Shown: positions 17,267 to 24,483 of the stretch, in pieces
Numbering within the stretch: position 1 is the stretch's first letter
Layout: each line of letters begins with the position of its first letter
DNA from: Acidobacteriota bacterium
GTDB lineage: Bacteria > Acidobacteriota > Aminicenantia > Aminicenantales > Saccharicenantaceae
Direction of reading: 5' to 3'
DNA: 64,000 nucleotides
NCBI GenBank assembly: GCA_033549365.1
Contig: JAWSUF010000007.1
Span: forward strand, 19,154-83,153
Notes under the pieces: model-generated
Told to the model about the DNA's origin: nothing
What the model saw: the letters and a program-made list of their open reading frames with translations, nothing else
Database searches by the model: none
Translations under genes and position numbers: made by a program

Positions 17267-17330
17267 GCGCTTAGAGGCTCATTTCGGGGCCGGAAAATGC
17301 GGCTCTAAGCGAATTCGTTCAGTTTGGCGG
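17267..17330 (+). repeat. Intergenic repeat family, copy D (partial; overlaps the 3' end of the E1-beta gene)
   Basis: CTCATTTCGGGGCCGGAAAATGCGGCTCTAAGCGAATTCGTTCAGTTTGGCGG is similar to the cores of copies A-C. It has an internal hairpin, CGCTTAGAG (17268-17276) paired with CTCTAAGCG (17303-17311). Confidence 0.6.
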
Positions 17331-18350
17331 ATGGTGTTTATTCTCGACAAGCTTCAAAATCGCGGAGCGGATGCGGCCGGCGTTCGGCAGGGTTTGATCT
17401 TCCAGGTCACGGGCGTACGGGATGGTCGTCCGTGTGCCCACCCGGGTGAACTTCAGCGGAAGACCCCCCTCCAGGATGACAGCGGCCGCTTCGCCCGAAA
17501 GTCCGAAGCCCTCGTAGTCTTCATCGACGATCAGCAACCGCCCGGTGTGGGCAACGGATTCGCGGAGGGCCGTCTTGTCGAGAGGGGCGACGGTTCGCAA
17601 GTCCAGAACCGCCGCTGAAACACCCTCCGCCTCCACGGATTCCGCGGCTTGCAGGGCGCGGTGGACATCCACGCCGACGCAGGCGATGGTCACATCGTCC
17701 CCGGGCCGCCGGAGGACGGCCTTGCCGAAAGGCAGCGGTTCCCATTTTTTGGGCACGGGTCCCCTGGCGCCGGCCGCGGGAACATCGAAGTACACGGTGC
17801 GCCGTCCTCCCGACCCCAGAAATTCCAGCCAGGTCTCCGAGAGCAGCTTATGTTCCATGAAGACGATCGGGCCGTCATGCCGCAAGGCGGCCGTCATCAG
17901 ACCTCCCGCATCGGCGGGCGTGGAGGGGACAACCACGATCAACCCGGGGATATGCGCCAGCCATCCCCAGAGAGACTGCCCATGCTGTCCCCCGTCGCCG
18001 TAGCCTGCGCCGCACGGCGCGCGCACGACAAGCGGCGCCGTCCATCGGCCGCCGGAGAAGGTCTCGACTTTTGCGGCATGGTTGAGCAGGGCATCCATGC
18101 CCACGCCGAGGAAATCCGCCATGTACACTTCCACGACGGGGCGCAACCCGGCCATGGCGGCGGCCGTCCCGATTCCCAGCAAGGCGCTTTCGCTGATCGG
18201 CGCGCCCCGAACGCGTTGGGGACCGAAGCGCACAAGCAGATCCCGCCGCAGCAGCGGAACATCCTCTCCGAAGACGACGATGCGCAGATCGTCGGCCATG
18301 GCTTGGGCGAGCGCGTCATCCACGGCCTGTGTGAAGAACATGACCCTCAT
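17319..18350 (-). CDS. TPP-dependent 2-oxoacid (pyruvate/acetoin-type) dehydrogenase E1 component, beta subunit
   Basis: The sequence from MRVMFFTQAVDDALAQAMADD onward has a transketolase-like pyrimidine-binding and C-terminal domain pattern. The start forms an ATGA overlap with the E1-alpha stop. The Arg-rich upstream extension of the track ORF was rejected. Confidence 0.9.
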   Translation of the reverse strand: MRVMFFTQAVDDALAQAMADDLRIVVFGEDVPLLRRDLLVRFGPQRVRGAPISESALLGIGTAAAMAGLRPVVEVYMADFLGVGMDALLNHAAKVETFSGGRWTAPLVVRAPCGAGYGDGGQHGQSLWGWLAHIPGLIVVVPSTPADAGGLMTAALRHDGPIVFMEHKLLSETWLEFLGSGGRRTVYFDVPAAGARGPVPKKWEPLPFGKAVLRRPGDDVTIACVGVDVHRALQAAESVEAEGVSAAVLDLRTVAPLDKTALRESVAHTGRLLIVDEDYEGFGLSGEAAAVILEGGLPLKFTRVGTRTTIPYARDLEDQTLPNAGRIRSAILKLVENKHHPPN

Positions 18351-19378
18351 GACGGCGCCTCCTCCAGGGCCGATCGCAGGATGCCGTGGATCTCTCCCCT
18401 GAGCCTGTCTTCCAGTTGTTGAAGGCGTTCCGGGCTCTCGGCTTCGAGCGCCGCGCGCGCGCGGATAATGGGATCCTGCGTGGAGTCCCGGCGGGGATCG
18501 CGCAGCGTCCGGAAAAGCGCGTCCACGACGGTCTTGAGTCCGGCCAACCGCTCGCCCGGGGCGGCCCCGCCGGGGCACAGGAAAGACCGTGTCAACGGAA
18601 GGGCGATTCCGGGCATCTCCTTGAGCGGGTCGCGGACGGCCCGAATCAATTGCAGGCCGAGGAAGTGTCCCTCGAGATGGAGGCAGCGGGCATGCAGAAA
18701 GATGGGTCCACGGCCGGAACGGGCATGTTCGACGGCGCCACGGGCCGCATCCCACATCGCGGCCGCATCCAACCCGTCCGCTTCAACAAACGGGAGACCG
18801 AACCCCTTGGCCCGATCGCGCAAGTTGCCCCCCGTGACTTTCTCGGAGGGAGTGGTAATGGACCAGCCGTCATCCTTGCAGACAAACACAACGGGCAGCG
18901 TCCACACCGCGGCCAAGTTCATCGATTCCATCAACATGCCCTGGTTCACCGCACCCTCCCCGAAGAAGGCGACAACGATCGCGGCCGGCCGCAAGTGCTG
19001 AGCGGCCAGGGCGAAACCGGCCGCGGCGGGTCCCGATGCGCCGACGATCCCCGAAGACGCAGCCAAGTGATCCTTGGAATACAGGTGCATGTGCCCGCCC
19101 ATGCCTCCGCATAACCCGTCCGAACGGCCCAGCAGCTCGCGCAGGATCAGAACAGGATCCACGCCCCGCATCAGCAACGCCGCGGTGCCGCGATGATCCA
19201 GGGCCAGGGCATCGCCTTCGCGCAGGTGGGCGACGACGCCCGCGACAACGGCTTCTTCGCCCGTTCCCAGGTGCATTTCGCCCGAAATGGATCCGTCGCG
19301 CCAGAGCTCGGCGACGGCGTCTTCGAACAGACGGCTTTTCACCATCCGTTCATATAGCATCCATAAATCGGGGGGCAT
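18347..19378 (-). CDS. TPP-dependent 2-oxoacid dehydrogenase E1 component, alpha subunit
   Basis: ISGEMHLGTGEEAV is present. The TPP-binding region is FFGEGAVNQG...NLAAVWTLPVVFVCKDDGW. Confidence 0.9.
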   Translation of the reverse strand: MPPDLWMLYERMVKSRLFEDAVAELWRDGSISGEMHLGTGEEAVVAGVVAHLREGDALALDHRGTAALLMRGVDPVLILRELLGRSDGLCGGMGGHMHLYSKDHLAASSGIVGASGPAAAGFALAAQHLRPAAIVVAFFGEGAVNQGMLMESMNLAAVWTLPVVFVCKDDGWSITTPSEKVTGGNLRDRAKGFGLPFVEADGLDAAAMWDAARGAVEHARSGRGPIFLHARCLHLEGHFLGLQLIRAVRDPLKEMPGIALPLTRSFLCPGGAAPGERLAGLKTVVDALFRTLRDPRRDSTQDPIIRARAALEAESPERLQQLEDRLRGEIHGILRSALEEAPS

Positions 19379-19490
19379 GGGGTCTCTTGCTTGTTATCAA
19401 GTTAAGAATTCGGATGCGGGATGTCAAGTCCAGAATTTCGCGTCGATGTGAGAAAGGAGCGCGACAGGCCGGGCTCCGCATGGGTTTACA

Positions 19491-19644
19491 TTTTTTGCTG
19501 TTTTCTCAAACTGAACGAAATCGCTTGGAACCCTGGTTTTGCCCTGAAAACGCAGCTTTAAGCGAATTCGTACAGTTTGGCGGAAACGGAATTGATTTGT
19601 TATGTGCGACTTGTTGAAGCCAAGCAACAAGGTAAGCAACAAGG
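19491..19644 (+). repeat. Intergenic repeat family, copy C (composite, with an extra inverted arm)
   Basis: The core is GGTTTTGCCCTGAAAACGCAGCTTTAAGCGAATTCGTACAGTTTGG. An imperfect 21-bp inverted pair lies at 19508-19528 and 19558-19578. The right terminal motif is TTGAAGCCAAGCAACAA (19614-19630), followed by a GCAACAAGG duplication. Confidence 0.65.
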
Positions 19645-19715
19645 TCTGGGGCGATCAATCCTTGCAATCGATTAGTCGGTGTGATACCAAGAAATGAAGG
19701 AAGGAAGGAGTCATC

Positions 19716-20162
19716 ATGAAAAAACTTTATTTTATCTTCGCCGGGCCGCTGTTGTGCGCAGGGCTGGGCCTGGCTGTCATTCATGGTTTGGCAGCCGGCG
19801 TTGAGCAGGATGCCGCATCCAAGCTTTTGGGCGATTGGATCGTGACCTCAAAGTATGGAACGTCCGGCGGGGAGGCCGTGTTCCGGGAAGACATGTCATA
19901 CACGTTGACGGAACACCATCCCGACGGCACCGCCGTAACCCACAAGGGAGAGTACAAACTCGATCTTTCCACAGAACCCTGGGCCATCGACCTCTGCGTC
20001 GGCAAATTCAGCAACCCAGGTTCGGAGTGGGTGACGACCGTCGGAATTCTGAGGTTTTTATCCGACGATGAGGCGGAAATTCATTTCGATCCCGGCGGGA
20101 AACGGCCCCAGTCCTTCGACGCCGTCACGGATCAAAACACCCACAGGATGAAACGGAAATGA
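19716..20162 (+). CDS. Secreted/lipoprotein-like hypothetical protein
   Basis: The N-terminal signal peptide is MKKLYFIFAGPLLCAGLGLAVIHG. An RBS-like GGAAGGAGT lies upstream. Confidence 0.6.
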   Translation: MKKLYFIFAGPLLCAGLGLAVIHGLAAGVEQDAASKLLGDWIVTSKYGTSGGEAVFREDMSYTLTEHHPDGTAVTHKGEYKLDLSTEPWAIDLCVGKFSNPGSEWVTTVGILRFLSDDEAEIHFDPGGKRPQSFDAVTDQNTHRMKRK

Positions 20163-20194
20163 TTGAGATGAGGAACTGAAAGGAATCGTTCAGT

Positions 20195-21088
20195 TTACCT
20201 GAACTCTTTGAACGACCCCAGTTCGAAGGCGTTGGTCGTCATGTTGTAGGCCGCCTCGAGGCGGGCGCGGTAGGGCTCAAAGGATCCGGAAATCGCGGAA
20301 GGCAGGCCGTCTTCATACGGCAGGCGGTCGAAGTCACCTTCCAACGCATCGATTTCCCCTTTAAGCCGCCGCGTCCAGGCCGGGTCATACGCGGACGGAT
20401 TCTTTTCGATTTCGGCGTATTGATTGCGGAGCATGGGCAGAAGGGTTCTGCCGGCCTGCCGTTTCATCGTCAGCGTCCTTTCCTTTTTCATGTGTTCGGT
20501 CCGATCCGCCTCGGTTTGATCATGACGGCCTTCCGCCGGAAAGGAAAAAGAATAGGAATCCCCCTGCTGGAACAGATCCGGTCCGTCTCCGGGATTTTTG
20601 TTCAGCCAGGAATAATAAACAAGCACATAAATGTAGATGTATTCGCCCGGAGACAAATCCCGATCCAGAAGCGCCTGATTGCGTACGGAAAAAAAACGCA
20701 TGATGGCCGGCACGAAATCCATGCCTCGCCTCATCAAACCCAGCACATCGCCGAACGATTTCGATCCCTTCTCCATTCTATCGGCATGACTCTTCAGCCC
20801 GTCAAATGCGCCGTCCAGGGCCCCGACGGCTTCCCGCATCGCATCGCGGACGGCAAGGAACTTTTCCATGCTTTCCGCGGGAACGGAACCATCCGGCGCA
20901 GGACGGAAATCGCCGACATGCCCGAACCGCAACTCCACCTGTTCCTGCAATTTTTCCACATCCCTGATGTTCTGAACGGTGCTTCTAACAAAAAAGACGC
21001 CTGTCCCTATGATCAGGAGTGCGATCAGGATGACGAAACCGCAGCCGATGCCGCAGCCGATCAGCCATTTTTGTCCTGTGCCGACCAT
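20195..21088 (-). CDS. Membrane-anchored hypothetical protein
   Basis: It has a single N-terminal TM segment (WLIGCGIGCGFVILIALLIIGTGVFFV). No recognisable catalytic motif was seen. Confidence 0.55.
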   Translation of the reverse strand: MVGTGQKWLIGCGIGCGFVILIALLIIGTGVFFVRSTVQNIRDVEKLQEQVELRFGHVGDFRPAPDGSVPAESMEKFLAVRDAMREAVGALDGAFDGLKSHADRMEKGSKSFGDVLGLMRRGMDFVPAIMRFFSVRNQALLDRDLSPGEYIYIYVLVYYSWLNKNPGDGPDLFQQGDSYSFSFPAEGRHDQTEADRTEHMKKERTLTMKRQAGRTLLPMLRNQYAEIEKNPSAYDPAWTRRLKGEIDALEGDFDRLPYEDGLPSAISGSFEPYRARLEAAYNMTTNAFELGSFKEFR

Positions 21089-21116
21089 GTGGCAAGAATA
21101 AATCTCCGTTCAGGAG

Positions 21117-22364
21117 ATGTCAAGGAAGCCGGCGGGAACGCAGAAGCCAAGCAACAAAATGTTGACAAGCCGTCATTTTTCCGGCTATTATGACGACATA
21201 GTGACACCTCGATACTATCCAAGGCTTCTCAAGGCCCCGAAACAGAGTTTTTTTCTCTTCGGTCTGCGGGGATCCGGCAAGAGCACATGGGCCCTCCGCA
21301 CTTTTCCCGATGCCCCGCGGTTCGACATGCTGGACGAGGGCCTCTATCAGGATTATCTTCGCGACGCCCGGCTGTTCGGACGAGAACTCGAACGCATTCC
21401 GAAGGATCAAACCGTTATCGTGGACGAAGTCCAGCGGTTGCCCGTGCTCCTGAATGACGTGCATCGGTTCATTGAAAGCCGCGGCCTGCGATTCGTTCTG
21501 CTCGGATCGAGCGCCCGCAAGTTGAAGCAGGCGGGCACAAATCTGCTTGCGGGGCGCGCCCTGCGGCGCATCATGCACCCGCTGCTGCCGGAGGAACTCG
21601 GCGCGGATTTCGACCTGGCGGAGGCTCTCCGTTTCGGAACGCTTCCCGTGATCCGGCAATCGCCGTCGATGGCGGAAAGTCTGGACGCCTATGTTCAGTT
21701 ATATCTCAAGCAGGAGATTCAGGCGGAAGCTCTGGTCCGCAATCTTCCGGGATTTGCCCGCTTCCTGCCCGTCGCCGCCCTGTTCCACGGACAGGTCTTG
21801 AGCGTGGCGGGACTGGCCCGGGACGCCGGCGTCGCCCGCACCACGGTCTCTGCATACCTGGACATTCTGGCCGACACCTACCTGGCCTGGCTTCTTCCGG
21901 CCTACGAAGCCGGACTGAGAGTCAGGGAGCGGAAACACTCGAAACTCTACTGGACGGATCCTGGAGTCATGCGTGCGGTGAAGCGCGAACTTCATCCGCC
22001 GGGGACCATGGAACGCGGCGCTCTGCTCGAAGGCTGGGTCGGAGGGCTGCTGAAAGCCTACGGAGAACCCGGCTGCGGGTTGGGGCTGCGGCATGATGGG
22101 ATGTTCTATTGGGCTCCCGCCGGGGGCGACACGGAAGTCGATTTCCTGGTTCGGCGCGGAAAGGAATTCACGGCCGTCCAAGTCAAGGCGGCGGAAAGCC
22201 TCGATTCGCGCGATTTCAAGGGCCTCCGAGCCGTCGCCGGATTAAAGGGTCTACGGCGCCGGTTGATTGTCTTCATGGGCGAACGTCCTTTTCGCACCGA
22301 GGACGGCATCGAAGCCCTGCCCGTAAGGGATTTTCTTCAGGAACTCGAACAGCACAGGATATAA
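21117..22364 (+). CDS. AAA+ ATPase with a DUF4143 domain (COG1373 family), second paralogue
   Basis: P-loop GLRGSGKST and Walker B VIVDEVQ are present. The C-terminal TEVDFLV motif is as in 11793..13103. The true start may be a downstream Met (MLTSRH). Confidence 0.8.
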   Translation: MSRKPAGTQKPSNKMLTSRHFSGYYDDIVTPRYYPRLLKAPKQSFFLFGLRGSGKSTWALRTFPDAPRFDMLDEGLYQDYLRDARLFGRELERIPKDQTVIVDEVQRLPVLLNDVHRFIESRGLRFVLLGSSARKLKQAGTNLLAGRALRRIMHPLLPEELGADFDLAEALRFGTLPVIRQSPSMAESLDAYVQLYLKQEIQAEALVRNLPGFARFLPVAALFHGQVLSVAGLARDAGVARTTVSAYLDILADTYLAWLLPAYEAGLRVRERKHSKLYWTDPGVMRAVKRELHPPGTMERGALLEGWVGGLLKAYGEPGCGLGLRHDGMFYWAPAGGDTEVDFLVRRGKEFTAVQVKAAESLDSRDFKGLRAVAGLKGLRRRLIVFMGERPFRTEDGIEALPVRDFLQELEQHRI

Positions 22365-22403
22365 TCCAACATCATAAACGGCATGATCGGGCACGGCTGT
22401 GCT

Positions 22404-22503
22404 TTGTTGCTTGGCTTTGGGATTTTTTAGAAGCCCCATTTTGCCCCAAAAAACGCGCTTTCAAGCGAAATCGTTCAGTTCGCTTGTTGAAGCCACGCAA
22501 CAA
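22404..22503 (+). repeat. Intergenic MITE/REP-like element, copy A (archetype with terminal inverted repeats)
   Basis: The left end TTGTTGCTTGGCTT (22404-22417) is inverted against the right end AAGCCACGCAACAA (22490-22503). The core is CCCCATTTTGCCCCAAAAAACGCGCTTTCAAGCGAAATCGTTCAGTTCGCTTG, containing the internal hairpin CAAGCGAA/TTCGCTTG. Confidence 0.7.
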
Positions 22504-22517
22504 TTGCAACAATTGGA

Positions 22518-22931
22518 TCAGGGCTTGCGCAGGCGATTCCAGAATTCCCGGGGCGAAACGATCGCGGGAAGGCCCGGACCTTTGAGCGCGGCGCGCAGCG
22601 CCTGCAGTTCGCGGTCGCCCGTCACGAATAGGGCGGCCTTTCCATGGATCGCCGCGGAGATCAAGGCGGTGTCGGCGGGATCGCAGCCAGGGAGGGAGAG
22701 GACGGGTTCCGGCGATGCCATAACCGCGCCGTCCCGAAGCAAAGCGACGACCTCGGAAACAATATCCCGGGGAACGCCGATCTTGCCCGTCAGCACAGTG
22801 CGGACTTCATCGAGGAGGACTTCAGAAACGACAAGCTCATGTCGAGCCAGAACCTCGCGAAGGAGATCGGCGCACAGCCCCCGGGCCGCCGCAGCACCGA
22901 CGATGACGTTCGTGTCGAGGAACACCCTCAT
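22518..22931 (-). CDS. PIN-domain toxin (TA system toxin component, PIN family)
   Basis: Acidic residues sit in MRVFLDTNV, DPADTALISAA and FVTGDRELQ. There is a 4-bp overlap with the upstream RHH gene. Confidence 0.85.
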   Translation of the reverse strand: MRVFLDTNVIVGAAAARGLCADLLREVLARHELVVSEVLLDEVRTVLTGKIGVPRDIVSEVVALLRDGAVMASPEPVLSLPGCDPADTALISAAIHGKAALFVTGDRELQALRAALKGPGLPAIVSPREFWNRLRKP

Positions 22932-23185
22932 GAGATCTTGGAGAAGACATCCTCGTCGGTCAGAAGTCCGCGGGCCTCGGCAAAGGGCATGATCCTCCGG
23001 CGCAGCGATTCGAAGGTTTCGAGACGGATTTGGCGGCGGAGGGCTTCCCGGGCGATTTCGCTCTTGCTCTTCCCCGTCCGCCGGCTGGCTTTGTCGAGGA
23101 GGGCCTCGAGTTCTTCATCCAGCCGGATCGTCAGCATCGTCGTTTTCATGTATTGCATTGTATTACGCCGCTCAGCCGTTGTCAA
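22928..23185 (-). CDS. Ribbon-helix-helix (CopG/RHH) antitoxin
   Basis: LTIRLDEELEALLDKASRRTGKSKSEIAREALRRQI is a classic RHH N-terminal pattern. Confidence 0.85.
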   Translation of the reverse strand: MTTAERRNTMQYMKTTMLTIRLDEELEALLDKASRRTGKSKSEIAREALRRQIRLETFESLRRRIMPFAEARGLLTDEDVFSKIS

Positions 23186-23287
23186 TTGCTAAAGGCTGAT
23201 CATTCAAGCCCCGCCCGCAAGGGATTTTCTTCAGGAACCGGAAAAGATTAGAATAGGAATCGAAATTCGAAAAGCGTGAGGTCCGCC

Positions 23288-24352
23288 ATGACAAGTCGAC
23301 GGATCCGATGGATGTTCGTCGCCGCCCTTTTGCCGGTCGCCGTCGCCGCGCCGGCCTTCGCTCAAGTCGATTTTACGGGACTCGACATGTTTTGGGACGT
23401 GGTCTTGATCCTGGAACAGGACGCTGACCCGGAAGACGGGCTTTGGAATCGCCTTTTTGCCACTCCCGGATATGCCGTCCTGACAAAAAGTGAATTTTCC
23501 AGGGAGTTCTTCATCCGGCTGTTTTCTTTGGCCTTCAAGCCGTCCCTGGAGGAAGAACGGGAAGAGTTTCTGCGCTCGGAGAAGAAGTGGGCCGTCGCAC
23601 ATCTCGAACACATCCAACGCGCGGGCGAGAGGAGAACGCCCATCATGGAATTCCGAAGATCCTTCGTCCCGGAATCCCTTGTCGGGCGGGCCGCTCACAT
23701 TGCGGCCGCCTGGTTGTCGCCGGCGGCCATAGATGGCCCTCCTCCCGTTTCCTTTGTGGTTTTCGGGCCGGACGCCCGAGGGTACATACCGGTTGTCATC
23801 GACGTTCTTCTCGGCATGGACCTGGGCGAACGGCTCGTCGAACTCCTGGCGCACGAGTTTCATCATTACTACAGGAACCGAATTCTCGTCTATGACAGGG
23901 AAGCCGTCAAGGACGAAGATGAGGACATCGTCTGGGTTTTCGACCAGTTTCAGGCCGAGGGCATGGCGAATCTGGTGACGTACCGGAATCTTCTGGAAGA
24001 CGACGACCCGGCCGGCGGCCTCCCCGAGGACTTTAAAAAATGGTTTGAGAAGAGTCCCGAAATCCTGCGGACGTTGAACGACCTGTTGGAACGTGCGGCG
24101 GAATCGCCCGAAAAGCAGGTGGAGCTGGGAAAGGAACTCAAGAGCACCGTTCCCCGAAGCGGCCATCCGACCGGGTTTTACATGGCCTTGACCATCCTGG
24201 ATGTCCTGGGGAAGGAGGATCTGATCCAAGCGACGGGCGATCCCCTGGCCTTTGTTCTCCTTTATCAAAAAGCCGCGTCCGGGAAAGAAAACGAAACGCC
24301 CCGGTTTTCCCAAAAAGCCCTGGATGTCGTCACCCGGGTATTTGACCGGTAG
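23288..24352 (+). CDS. Secreted putative Zn-dependent peptidase-like protein (HExxH)
   Basis: The signal peptide is MTSRRIRWMFVAALLPVAVAAPAFAQ. An HExxH motif sits in LLAHEFHHYYRN. The family (DUF2268/DUF5700-like) is not verified. Confidence 0.55.
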   Translation: MTSRRIRWMFVAALLPVAVAAPAFAQVDFTGLDMFWDVVLILEQDADPEDGLWNRLFATPGYAVLTKSEFSREFFIRLFSLAFKPSLEEEREEFLRSEKKWAVAHLEHIQRAGERRTPIMEFRRSFVPESLVGRAAHIAAAWLSPAAIDGPPPVSFVVFGPDARGYIPVVIDVLLGMDLGERLVELLAHEFHHYYRNRILVYDREAVKDEDEDIVWVFDQFQAEGMANLVTYRNLLEDDDPAGGLPEDFKKWFEKSPEILRTLNDLLERAAESPEKQVELGKELKSTVPRSGHPTGFYMALTILDVLGKEDLIQATGDPLAFVLLYQKAASGKENETPRFSQKALDVVTRVFDR

Positions 24353-24361
24353 AGTTTTTAT

Positions 24362-24440
24362 TTGTTGCTTGTCTTTGGGATTTTGCTGAGCCCCATTTTG
24401 CCCCTAAAAACGCGCTTTCAAGCAAAATCGTTCAGCTTGG
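24362..24440 (+). repeat. Intergenic repeat family, copy B (left end plus core, no right TIR)
   Basis: TTGTTGCTTGTCTTTGGGATTTTGCTGAGCCCCATTTTGCCCCTAAAAACGCGCTTTCAAGCAAAATCGTTCAGCTTGG is nearly identical to copy A over about 75 bp. Confidence 0.7.
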
Positions 24441-24483
24441 AAAAATGGGGGCGGATTGACTTTGTCCGGACGCTGATCTATAT

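Noticed and set aside
18351-18755. The Arg/Pro-rich N-terminal extension of the E1-beta ORF (track ORF 17319..18755).
   Set aside because: It overlaps the E1-alpha coding region. The conserved E1-beta sequence begins at MRVMFFTQAV, which is ATGA-coupled to the E1-alpha stop.
23231-24313. A 360-aa minus-strand ORF.
   Set aside because: It is antisense to the secreted HExxH protein gene, which has a signal peptide and a sensible composition. The minus ORF has no motifs and a poor start context.
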